The position numbers were made by a program, and so were the translations under genes. The notes beneath the pieces were generated by a model. It was given only the letters and a program-made list of their open reading frames with translations. It searched no databases and was not told the origin of the DNA. From the IMG/VR virus record IMGVR_UViG_3300009503_000039, positions 1 through 55,401 of that record: a DNA stretch of 55,401 nt; one strand, given 5' to 3'. This DNA is from a virus. Lineage: Duplodnaviria > Caudoviricetes. This document shows positions 16,567-25,941 of the stretch, piece by piece (within the stretch, counting starts at the first letter, position 1; each line of letters starts with the position of its first letter).

Positions 16567-19026
16567 ATGCGACAAAATTTTGTGAGTAATATTTTAAATC
16601 TTGTTGGTGAAAAATTAGGAGTTATTAAAACTGCAGAGTTAAAGCAAAAACAAGGGATTAAAGAATTAATAGAAGAAGTATTTTTTAAGAAAGCTGATAG
16701 AGATGTACGTTTTGATACAACGGGTCGGGTTGAGGTATGGGTTACAAGTAATGAAATAAAAGAACATAAAGACTATAAGAAGATAGTCGATTCAGATAAA
16801 TCAGATGAAGAAAAAATTAAAGAGCTGAAAGAATTAGCTGTAGATATTGCTTATGATAAAGTACAATCTGTTAGTAAGAATGGAGTTGATATTACTGTTG
16901 AATTAATTGAACAAGATATTAATATTGATAGAATAGATTGGGATAGTTTAGTAAAAAAAGAAGATAAAGAGATGACAGAACAATCTAGTATTAAGTTTTT
17001 GTTTAAAAAGAAAACTAATATAGCTTTGAGTGATTTTTGTAAAAAAGCTGAGTTTGATGTTGATAAATGGAAATCAGAACATCCTGGAATTAATCCAAAT
17101 ATGAATGACGTACTTGGGACAAATTATGAATTTTTAAATAGTGCATTTTTAGAATTACAATTTTTGCCAAAAGGAGTTGCTGTAATAAATGTTGAACCTT
17201 ATGATGAGAATTTTAAAGAGGACTGGTATAGAAAAATAATTAAATTTTTAAAAGATAATGAACAAGTGATATTGTCTAGTCTTCCAGGAGTTGATTATGT
17301 AGAAATTAATGCATTTGGATATACTAAAGTAGGTGAAGTAGACTTTTATTCTAACAATGTTAAAACCGCTGGTTGGGTTCCGGTAAAATCGATTTATCAG
17401 CTTGAATTGGGAGCTCATGTTAAAAAAGATGGTTTAGCTGGATGGGTTGAGGATATACAAGAAGATGGCAAAGTAAGAATTCATTTTGTGGATCCTGAAC
17501 ATGTAGAAATTCTGGATCCTACGACATTATGGGTATTTCAAGGTAAAGTAGCTTTTATTTATACTTGGTGTGGAACATTAGTTAAAAATTTACCGGAAAG
17601 TTTACGTAATAAATTACCTCAATTAAAAGAAACAACTGGGGAAGAAAAATTTGAGGTTGAGCTTCAGAGAGATCGATCTTACAAAATAACTTTAAATGGA
17701 AAAGAATTAGATTTTGTAAAAAAAGAAGATCCGGCCTGGGAGGATTTAAATAATTGGGTATTGATGAAGAATATGAAGATTCGAGATGAAATTTTTTCTG
17801 ATGAATTATGGAGTAAAGTAGCTTACTATATTGATAAAAATTTAATTCACGGAATGCAATCTGTTACAAGAGTATATGAAGGATTTCTTGTACCAGCAGC
17901 TCAATATGTGTTAACAAAAATTATAAATGAAGATAAACCTCAGATATTATGTAATGGTAAATTTGACAAACAAGCTGATTTAGTAGACATTCCAGTTGAT
18001 GTAGATAAAATTTGCCCTGTAGTAAATCATGTTCTGGCGATATATTCTGATAGTATTATAACAGGTAATGAACATTATGGAGATTTTATTGTTAGTTGTT
18101 TTGCTCCTACAAGAAAAGAAGCTTCTACCTGGATATCTAATTTTGAGAGAAGATTAGTTAAAGAAAATCAATATATAGGGAAATCTTTGTATATAGAAAA
18201 TGGGAAAATAAACTTTTGTAATATTCCCAAAGTTATATGGGATGATATTGTATTAGATGATAAAGTAAAGAATGATATAAGAATAAATACAGTATCATTT
18301 TTAAGTGATGAAAGATTAAAGAATACTGGTGTAATGAAAAGAGGATTAATTATTTATGGTCCTCCAGGAACTGGTAAAACTTCAATAATAAAAGCAATAT
18401 TCAATGAGTTAGATGATCGAAATATAAGTAGAATATATGTGACTGCTGAATCTTTTTCAAAAATGTCTGTAAAAAATTTATTTGATTTTATTCCTTATCT
18501 TGGTAAAGTAGTTTTAGCTTTTGAAGATGTAGATATGATCGGTCGTTCTAGAGAAACTCCATTTTCTAATAATTTACTTGGAGATTTGTTGACAAATTTA
18601 GATGGTATGAGAGCTTATGATGAACAAATTGTTGTAATAGCTTCAACGAACAAAATCGAAATGCTAGACAATGCTTTAGCAAATAGACCATGTAGATTTG
18701 ATAGACGTATTGAAATAAAGCTTCCGTCTGAAAAAGACTTAAGAAATCTGTATGAGAAATTTAGTGGAATAAATCTTCCAGAAGAAGTTATAAAAATATC
18801 TGCCGGTTTTACCGGAGCTCATGTTGTAGAAGCAGTAAATACCGCAAAAATACTATCAGCTTATAACAATAAGCCTTTGTATGAATGTATGATAGATGCT
18901 TGCAATATAATACGAAACAATTTCTTTCCTATGCAAACACAAGCCGAAATAAGAAAAGCGGCTTTAGAATCATTGAGAAAAATCGGTCTTAAGATAGAAG
19001 AAGAAGTAGAAAAAGAAATGGAATAA
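16567..19026 (+). CDS. Multidomain protein with C-terminal AAA+ ATPase
   Basis: Walker A GPPGTGKT, Walker B LAFEDVD, SRH ASTN..LDNALANRPCRFDR, GFTGAH. Confidence 0.9.
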   Translation: MRQNFVSNILNLVGEKLGVIKTAELKQKQGIKELIEEVFFKKADRDVRFDTTGRVEVWVTSNEIKEHKDYKKIVDSDKSDEEKIKELKELAVDIAYDKVQSVSKNGVDITVELIEQDINIDRIDWDSLVKKEDKEMTEQSSIKFLFKKKTNIALSDFCKKAEFDVDKWKSEHPGINPNMNDVLGTNYEFLNSAFLELQFLPKGVAVINVEPYDENFKEDWYRKIIKFLKDNEQVILSSLPGVDYVEINAFGYTKVGEVDFYSNNVKTAGWVPVKSIYQLELGAHVKKDGLAGWVEDIQEDGKVRIHFVDPEHVEILDPTTLWVFQGKVAFIYTWCGTLVKNLPESLRNKLPQLKETTGEEKFEVELQRDRSYKITLNGKELDFVKKEDPAWEDLNNWVLMKNMKIRDEIFSDELWSKVAYYIDKNLIHGMQSVTRVYEGFLVPAAQYVLTKIINEDKPQILCNGKFDKQADLVDIPVDVDKICPVVNHVLAIYSDSIITGNEHYGDFIVSCFAPTRKEASTWISNFERRLVKENQYIGKSLYIENGKINFCNIPKVIWDDIVLDDKVKNDIRINTVSFLSDERLKNTGVMKRGLIIYGPPGTGKTSIIKAIFNELDDRNISRIYVTAESFSKMSVKNLFDFIPYLGKVVLAFEDVDMIGRSRETPFSNNLLGDLLTNLDGMRAYDEQIVVIASTNKIEMLDNALANRPCRFDRRIEIKLPSEKDLRNLYEKFSGINLPEEVIKISAGFTGAHVVEAVNTAKILSAYNNKPLYECMIDACNIIRNNFFPMQTQAEIRKAALESLRKIGLKIEEEVEKEME

Positions 19027-21105
19027 GAAAAAGATAAAGAAAAAACAGAAAAAGAAGATGAAGAAGAAAAACAGGATGTTGTTAATATTATTTTAAAAAA
19101 TGTAGATACTGGCGGAGGTAACATTAAAATTAAGCCTAAAATCAAAAAGAAACCGGAGGATGAAGAAGATGAACAAAAAAACAAAGAGACTAGCGAGAAA
19201 AGTAGTGAAGCTGAAAACACTAAAGAAAATGTTACGAAAAATGCCGCAAGAGAAGATTTGAAAGAAGAACAATCTGAAAAAGACATATCAAGACCTATTA
19301 AAGAATTTGATCGTGTAAGACTTCTACTTGATGATGTTAAAGGAACTGTGATAGATATAAATCTTTCCAAACCTGGAGATGTTGATTATGTTATTTATGT
19401 TGATAAGTTAGTTCATGGTCAAGACCTTGTTGAAGCACATCCAACAGAAATTAAGCTATTAGATGAACCTGCAACAGATGAACAAATAGATAAGGCTAAA
19501 AAAAGAAAAAAATTGTATGAGAAAGAAAAAAAGAAATATGAAAAAGACTTCAAGAAAGAGATAAAAGAAGACTTCAGAGAAGAAGTAAAAGAAGACTTCA
19601 AGAAAGAGATAAAAGAAGAAGTTGAAGAGAACTTAAAAGAAGAAAACCGAAATGAAGAAGACCTAAAAGAAGAAACTGAAGAAAACTTGAACAAAAACTA
19701 CAATGAAAGTGAAAATAATAATGAACCTATAAAAAGAATTACATTTTTAGATGCACTGCTAAAAAATAATAGAATAAATAAAACAGAACAATTATCTATT
19801 AAGGAAGAAAAAAATACTCCATATATGATTGACATTAAAGACTCGGTAGGAAGACCGATGAGATTTTACGTAGGGGATAAGATAAAAATTAAGTCAACAG
19901 AAAAAGCTTCAATAGCACAAGAAGATTTAGGATATAGAACATGGATTATTGATAAAATTTTATCTAATGATTGGATAGAAATAGTAGATGAAAAAAGAAC
20001 GATGAGAGATTTGATTAAAGCTGATTATTTAAAAGATGAAATTAAAGCAGGAAGAATTATAAGAGCTGCATTAAAAGATTATAACCTTCAAGAAGAATTT
20101 AAAGAAGGAGATCGAGTAAGATTAATACATACGATCGGAGTAAGACTTCAGAAAGAAATGGTAGGAACAGTTACGAAAGTTCCGATAGATCCGAGAGACA
20201 ATAAATTAGAGGTAAAATTTGATAAGATACCGGTTCAAAAATTTAAAGTACCAGTTGAACATTTAGAGAAAGTAGAAAGATATAGTAAAATTGCCTTTAC
20301 TCGTCCATACGCTGTAGTATTCGTTGATAGAAACGATGAAATTCGAAGATTAAAAATCTCAGGAAAAAGTAAAGAGGAAATAGAACAAAAAATTAAAACT
20401 TTAGATAACGAAACTTATGGTCTACCGTGTAAAGAAATTATATCTATAGAGGATATAGGACCTGAAGAAAGAATAAAGTCACGAGCAAACAAAATATTAA
20501 CTCAAGATGAAGAAAAAATTGCAAAATATGAATCAGAAACGAAGATTGCAGAAGAAACTTCATATAAACAAAAAATAAAAAAATTTGTAGATTTTCCTTG
20601 GCAAGAAGATACAGAAATAGAATTTGTACAATTAATTAAAGAATATTTAGAAAAATATTCACAAGCATCCGATGCAACATGGCAAGATTATTTAAAGAGA
20701 TTATATGAAACAAATAAAAGTAGTATGGTTCAGTTAGTTTCAGACGAATTCTTACGTCAGTTAGAGAAATTAATTTATGGTGAAGATATTAAAAAAAGTG
20801 AGCGGGAAATAACAGCTTTGGGTAAGAAGAGCCAAGTTGACGATACTGAGTTATCAGTAATACTACCGCTGAAAGTTGGTCAATTAGGAACTGTAGAAAG
20901 AAGAATTAAGGAATTAAAGGAATTAGGAAAAACCTGGTTAGAAGTGAGAGATATTATAATAGAAGAATTTGGCGAATATAGAGTAGCGGAAACATCAACA
21001 GATTTAGGAACAAAAAAAGAAGTATATAAATATATGAATGCATCAGAATTAGAAGAATATAAAGATTTTTATGATAGTTTACCTGAGCCGGAGGATGTAA
21101 GTTAA
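19027..21105 (+). CDS. E/K-rich protein with several SH3-like barrels; in frame with the AAA+ ORF (track start TTG 19258)
   Basis: Frame open from 19027; IKEFDRVRL, FYVGDKIKI, FKEGDRVRL segments; 24-bp tandem units at about 19543-19620. Confidence 0.7.
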   Translation, partial: EKDKEKTEKEDEEEKQDVVNIILKNVDTGGGNIKIKPKIKKKPEDEEDEQKNKETSEKSSEAENTKENVTKNAAREDLKEEQSEKDISRPIKEFDRVRLLLDDVKGTVIDINLSKPGDVDYVIYVDKLVHGQDLVEAHPTEIKLLDEPATDEQIDKAKKRKKLYEKEKKKYEKDFKKEIKEDFREEVKEDFKKEIKEEVEENLKEENRNEEDLKEETEENLNKNYNESENNNEPIKRITFLDALLKNNRINKTEQLSIKEEKNTPYMIDIKDSVGRPMRFYVGDKIKIKSTEKASIAQEDLGYRTWIIDKILSNDWIEIVDEKRTMRDLIKADYLKDEIKAGRIIRAALKDYNLQEEFKEGDRVRLIHTIGVRLQKEMVGTVTKVPIDPRDNKLEVKFDKIPVQKFKVPVEHLEKVERYSKIAFTRPYAVVFVDRNDEIRRLKISGKSKEEIEQKIKTLDNETYGLPCKEIISIEDIGPEERIKSRANKILTQDEEKIAKYESETKIAEETSYKQKIKKFVDFPWQEDTEIEFVQLIKEYLEKYSQASDATWQDYLKRLYETNKSSMVQLVSDEFLRQLEKLIYGEDIKKSEREITALGKKSQVDDTELSVILPLKVGQLGTVERRIKELKELGKTWLEVRDIIIEEFGEYRVAETSTDLGTKKEVYKYMNASELEEYKDFYDSLPEPEDVS

Positions 21106-21107
21106 AA

Positions 21108-21503
21108 ATGAGCTGTAGAACTGAACTATATAAAAATTTATTAAAAATATCAATCAGTGAAGATGATATTATACGGAGTATAGCTGAAGAAGTTAAAAAA
21201 GAGATAGGAAGTTGTTCAAGAGATAGTTTAGGAAAATGTATTTATGCATCTGATAGATTGTATGAAGAATTGAAAAAAGTAGGAGTTGAAAATGTAAGAT
21301 TAGTTGAGGGATATATTCTTACAAATGCTGATCCTCCGGAAATGCAACATAATTGGGTAGAAGTAGATGGAAAAATATTAGATATTACTTGTGATCAATT
21401 TAATGATATTATGCCAGCTGGAGAAGAATTTAAACCAATAGAATATCCAGCTGATAAAAATTATTATATTGAAGAAAGAGATGTTACTCCAGAGTCAAAG
21501 TAG
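21108..21503 (+). CDS. Transglutaminase/papain-like Cys-His-Asp protein
   Basis: GKCIYAS...VEG...HNWVEVDGKILDITCDQF. Confidence 0.7.
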   Translation: MSCRTELYKNLLKISISEDDIIRSIAEEVKKEIGSCSRDSLGKCIYASDRLYEELKKVGVENVRLVEGYILTNADPPEMQHNWVEVDGKILDITCDQFNDIMPAGEEFKPIEYPADKNYYIEERDVTPESK

Positions 21504-21890
21504 AAAATATTCAGTTGATAGAAAAAGTTATAGTGGAAAAAGAGGTATAGTTTGGCTATAGGTATGATATTTTTTTAATATAAAAAATATCATACTGAAA
21601 AAAGTGATATAATTTTAGAATTGGCATAGAAAACGCTTGAATGATAAAAGAGTCATAGTGAAAAAATGACATAGCTTTAGAATCAAGATGAAAAAACATT
21701 CAGTTAATAAAAGTAGATATACTGAATTTTGAATAGGATATTTAGTTATCAGTATGATATTTTTTTAATATAAAAAATATCATACCAAAAAATGATATGT
21801 CCTCATGATCGACATAAAGAATTTTCGACTGATAAAAAAAGTTACAGTGAAAAATTAGCATAGTTATTGTCATTTGTATGATATTTTCTT
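21500..21890. repeat. Non-coding degenerate tandem array (~62-63-bp period) with two identical 34-bp palindromes
   Basis: GTATGATATTTTTT-TAATAT-AAAAAATATCATAC at 21562-21595 and 21752-21785; half-site at 21876; recurring GATA.AAAA.GT.A.AGTG.AAAA. Confidence 0.8.
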
Positions 21891-21909
21891 ATATTTATAT
21901 AGAAAGCAG
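21866..21909 (+). promoter_or_regulatory. Putative head-module promoter motif, copy 2
   Basis: TTGTCA-17 nt-TATATT, then TATATAGAAAGCAG. Confidence 0.6.
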
Positions 21910-21929
21910 AGTATATAACGGAGGATTAA

Positions 21930-22343
21930 ATGAGCGTTAATTTCAAAGACAATGTAATAAAAATAATAAAGGAATCACAGCCAGAAAAGCAAATTCTTTG
22001 GTACATTGGTAAAGATTTGACAGATCAGCAAAAATCACATCTTAGGCTAGCGATTAAAAAAAATTTGAATATTCCTGGAATAGATGTTATCATTATGCCT
22101 AGGCTCGAAAAAGGAACTATTGCTATAAGATCTATTTTTTCTCCTAAAGATTCAGAGATCGAAGAATATATGCAAAAATATGGTGTTTCAGGAACAAAGG
22201 AATATGTAAGAGAGGAATATATGAGAAAAGATTTTGAAAATCTTTCAGATTCTCAATTAGAATCGGCTGTTGCTTATGCCGTACAAGAAATTTCGCAAGA
22301 GTTAGGATTAGTAAAAGTAGCAAGTTCAAAACTTGATGCATAG
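21930..22343 (+). CDS. Hypothetical protein
   Basis: GGAGG RBS, 137 aa. Confidence 0.75.
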   Translation: MSVNFKDNVIKIIKESQPEKQILWYIGKDLTDQQKSHLRLAIKKNLNIPGIDVIIMPRLEKGTIAIRSIFSPKDSEIEEYMQKYGVSGTKEYVREEYMRKDFENLSDSQLESAVAYAVQEISQELGLVKVASSKLDA

Positions 22344-22446
22344 AATATGATTCGGTGGAACATAGCGATATTAAAGCTAAAAGAGATACTGAATGTATAA
22401 AAATACATTTTCCAATATATTTTAAAAAATAAAGTTGGGGTAAGTT

Positions 22447-25400
22447 ATGTTTATAAAATATGGTACTTTAGAAATTATTGATTCATCTGGGGACTTAGAA
22501 GAGATTGTAGATATAAATGGTATTGGTCATATTGTTGAGGAAAAGAAAGGACCATGGCTTTATTGCCGTGCAAGAGCTTTGACTTGTGATAAGCCAAATG
22601 GAAATAGAGATATATTTCCTAAAGATGAAGTAAAGAAAGCTTATCAATCATTTATAGGTAGAGGTGTTTATCTTAATCACAATAGCGGAAAAGTAGAGAA
22701 TGCGATAGGAAAAATTATAGATGCTTATTTTGTTGATACAGATCCAAATGATGTTCATGTAGAGTGTTTATTTAAGATTAATAAGGAAATGTTTCCTGAT
22801 ATTTGTAAGAGGATTCAGAATGGATTAATGTCAGCGGTAAGCATGGGGTGTATTATTCAAAGGTCGGAGTGTGTTTTACCTACGACTAATGTTTATACAC
22901 TTGATGGATGGAAACAAATAAAAGATATTAGAGTAGGTGAACAAGTATTAACTCATACCGGAAAGTTTAGAAGAGTATTAGCAACTAGTAGGAGGAGTGC
23001 TCCGGAAAAACTAATAAGGATTAGATATAAAATAGCTAATGATGATAAACATATTGGAACGTTAATTTTAACTGATAATCATCCAGTATTAACTGAAAGA
23101 GGATGGATTAAAGCTATTGATTTAGAATCTACAGACAAAATTTCTATAATGGCAAAAAATGGTTATGAATTTAAATTTGTTGATTTAGTTGGTATAGAAG
23201 TATTAGATAATATTCATCCAAATAGAGATAGAGTTAGTGGTGCTTCAGCGTTTACTGTTGTATGTAATTTACAAGTTGAGAAAGATGAATCATATATTGC
23301 TGAGGGAGTTGTAGTTCATAATTGTCAAATCTGCGGAAATATTGCAAGAAATCCTAGTGAATATTGTGAACATCTTGCAAGGTATAGAGGGCAGAAATTC
23401 AATGTTAAAAGGGATGAAAATGGTAAGTATATAGAAGCGGTATTAGATCCAAACGGGCAGGAAGAGGCCAACGAGATCAGCCATGATATTACTTATACTG
23501 AGTTATCGATTGTAGATGCTCCCGCTGATCCTACAGCAGAGATTAAAACGATATGGGCAAGTATAGATGAGAAATTCAGGAAAATGGCAATGTTATTAAC
23601 AGATGAGATCAATAAAAAGATAGATAGTAAGTTTGATGAGTTAGTGAAAACGATGAGTAGTAATAATAGTTTAGATTCTAAGGAGGTTAAAAATATGGTT
23701 GAAGCTAAGAAAAAAGATGAACCAGATATTGGTGTACAAGTAACACCAGAAGCGAAAGAAAAACCAACATTCAAAACAGACGATAAAGATATACCAGCAG
23801 ATATTAGTGTACAGGTAACGCCAGAGGCAAAAGAAAAGCCTAAAGTTGAGAAAACAGATGAGGATGTAATTGGAGTTCAAGAGGAAACGAAAACAGCAGA
23901 AGCGAAAGATGTAGATTTAGATTTAGGTAGAGGAGTAGGTGGTTCCGGAAGAAGAGGTAATCCTAAAACCGATGAAGAAAGAGCAGAAACTCATGGAGTA
24001 TCAGTAGAAGATTTACCTCCAAGAGGAACTGGATTAGGAAAAGGAAAAGGAATTAAAGATGAAGATAAGGAATCTAAAACAGTAGAAGAAAAAGAATCTG
24101 AAACTGAAGTAAATGAAATTTTAAAAGATGTTAGAAAAAAAATAGAGAAAGTATTTGAAGAGGCTTTAAAGAAAACAAAGTCAATGGTGATCTATAAGAT
24201 ATTTAAGAGTGCGGTTCGTTCAAATATTCTTGAACTAAATGAAGAATTAGAAGAAAATGAGGTAGAAGAAATAGTAAATAAAGTAGAAGAAACTGCGGTG
24301 GCAGAAGCTACTGAAGATGCGATGCAAGAATTGAATGTTAAAATTGCCGCTGATGTTGAAGAAGAAAAACCTAAAATAGATGTTCGTTTAGATATTAAAA
24401 GGGATAATTTAGAAGATGAATATATAGTTAGTGAAGATGGTAAAGACGTTATGTCAAGTACTGTAAAAGATGTATTTGGAAAATCAGCTATTCAAAACAT
24501 AGCTTATGCTATAAGTCCAGAATACTTACAGTTATTAAAAACAGCTGCTCAAGAATATGGTAAAGATGCGATTTTAGCAATTTGGGCTGCATCAGAAGAT
24601 AGTGATGCACTGAGCAAAGCAAAAAAATATTTTACTAAGGCATATCCTGACAAAAAATATGTAATTGAATGGATTAAGAAACACAAAGAAAAAGTACAGA
24701 AACCAAGTAATGTGAAGCTTGAGATGACTAAAGTAGCTGATGTTACATCTTCTAATGTAGAAGGACAAACATTACCTTTAGAACAATCTGAAGTTTCTTC
24801 AGAACCAGTAGAAGAATTTACAACACAGCAAATTGAGGAATTTGAAAATGTGACTCATAATTTAATAGAAGGTTTAAGTGATGAGGAATTAGATATAGCT
24901 ACAGATTTTATAGCTGAAGAACTTTCAACAGAAACTAAGCGATATAAACCTGAAGGGCTTGTAAAATTAGCTTCTGTATGTCCTTCTTGTTTTAAAAATA
25001 TGTTAGAAGCCGCTAAAGAGGCAGCTAGAAAAGGTAGAACAATGTCAGAAGCAGCAAAGAAAGGATTATGGAAGAAATTCAAAGGTTCAAAAAAGAAATG
25101 TATAGAATCAATGGAAGGTAAAGTAAGTAATCCAGCAGCATATTGTAGATGGCTGGAAGGTGAAGTAACAGGGGAATATGGTCCTACTCGAACAAAGCCG
25201 GGGAAAAAGAAAGTATGTGAACAAGAAGGAGAAATCAAAGAAGCAGCTTCAAATGAAAAGGGAACATCATATGTAAAAGCAGAACGACCCGGGGAATTCT
25301 TACCAGATGTAGATCTTAGTAAAGAAACTAAACGAGTTCTTTCTGGTGATAAAGGAGAATTAAAAGGAAATAAGTTTGTAGAACCAGAGGGTGGTTCAAA

Positions 25401-25941
25401 ACCTGAGCCTCAATCTATGGAAAAAGCAAAAGGCTCAGATTTACAGGGTGTTGATTATATAGAACCAGAGGGTGGAACAAAAATACAAAGTTCTATTGAA
25501 TCAGACGAATCAAAGAGATTAAAAGAAGAAAATGAGATGTTAAAAAATCAATTAGCTGCGGAACAGGCTAAAAGAGTTTTAGAAAATAAAGTTGCTCGTT
25601 GTAAAGACATTGCTACAAAGATGGCATATAAAGGATTGATAGTTCCTGATGATGCTGAAGTAAAAGATATCCTATTAAAAAGAGCAACGGAAAAAATCAG
25701 TGTTATTGATGCAAATAAAGAATCTTTCAAAAACCAGATTGAGAGACAAATATCAGATTTGATGGCTATGGACGATCATACTTTAGATGCATTTGAAAAA
25801 ACAATCGATAGAATACCTGATAAAAAGACACAAAAGATAGCTATTCTTCAAGATGGAGCAAAACAGCGGCCAGAAGATAATGAATTTTATATTCCGTTTA
25901 CAGTGAATAAGGAAGCATTGAAAAGGTTTGGAGGTAAATAA
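22447..25941 (+). CDS. Prohead maturation protease fused to a scaffold region, intein-containing
   Basis: PNGNRDIF, LNHN, IGKIIDA, SAVSMGC, ELSIVDAPADPTA; long acidic coiled-coil C-terminus; located before the capsid genes. Confidence 0.88.
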   Translation: MFIKYGTLEIIDSSGDLEEIVDINGIGHIVEEKKGPWLYCRARALTCDKPNGNRDIFPKDEVKKAYQSFIGRGVYLNHNSGKVENAIGKIIDAYFVDTDPNDVHVECLFKINKEMFPDICKRIQNGLMSAVSMGCIIQRSECVLPTTNVYTLDGWKQIKDIRVGEQVLTHTGKFRRVLATSRRSAPEKLIRIRYKIANDDKHIGTLILTDNHPVLTERGWIKAIDLESTDKISIMAKNGYEFKFVDLVGIEVLDNIHPNRDRVSGASAFTVVCNLQVEKDESYIAEGVVVHNCQICGNIARNPSEYCEHLARYRGQKFNVKRDENGKYIEAVLDPNGQEEANEISHDITYTELSIVDAPADPTAEIKTIWASIDEKFRKMAMLLTDEINKKIDSKFDELVKTMSSNNSLDSKEVKNMVEAKKKDEPDIGVQVTPEAKEKPTFKTDDKDIPADISVQVTPEAKEKPKVEKTDEDVIGVQEETKTAEAKDVDLDLGRGVGGSGRRGNPKTDEERAETHGVSVEDLPPRGTGLGKGKGIKDEDKESKTVEEKESETEVNEILKDVRKKIEKVFEEALKKTKSMVIYKIFKSAVRSNILELNEELEENEVEEIVNKVEETAVAEATEDAMQELNVKIAADVEEEKPKIDVRLDIKRDNLEDEYIVSEDGKDVMSSTVKDVFGKSAIQNIAYAISPEYLQLLKTAAQEYGKDAILAIWAASEDSDALSKAKKYFTKAYPDKKYVIEWIKKHKEKVQKPSNVKLEMTKVADVTSSNVEGQTLPLEQSEVSSEPVEEFTTQQIEEFENVTHNLIEGLSDEELDIATDFIAEELSTETKRYKPEGLVKLASVCPSCFKNMLEAAKEAARKGRTMSEAAKKGLWKKFKGSKKKCIESMEGKVSNPAAYCRWLEGEVTGEYGPTRTKPGKKKVCEQEGEIKEAASNEKGTSYVKAERPGEFLPDVDLSKETKRVLSGDKGELKGNKFVEPEGGSKPEPQSMEKAKGSDLQGVDYIEPEGGTKIQSSIESDESKRLKEENEMLKNQLAAEQAKRVLENKVARCKDIATKMAYKGLIVPDDAEVKDILLKRATEKISVIDANKESFKNQIERQISDLMAMDDHTLDAFEKTIDRIPDKKTQKIAILQDGAKQRPEDNEFYIPFTVNKEALKRFGGK
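22870..23322 (+). mobile_element. Mini-intein (151 aa, no endonuclease domain)
   Basis: Block A CVLPTTNV, block B LTDNHPVL, blocks F/G VCNLQVEKDESYIAEGVVVHN followed by +1 Cys. Confidence 0.93.

Noticed and set aside
19543-19620. 24-bp tandem repeat as a regulatory or contingency locus
   Set aside because: In-frame low-complexity coding repeat (DFKKEIKE/DFREEVKE) in an E/K linker
21500-21890. CRISPR array
   Set aside because: No constant repeat alternating with unique spacers; whole units are degenerate copies; no cas genes in the window
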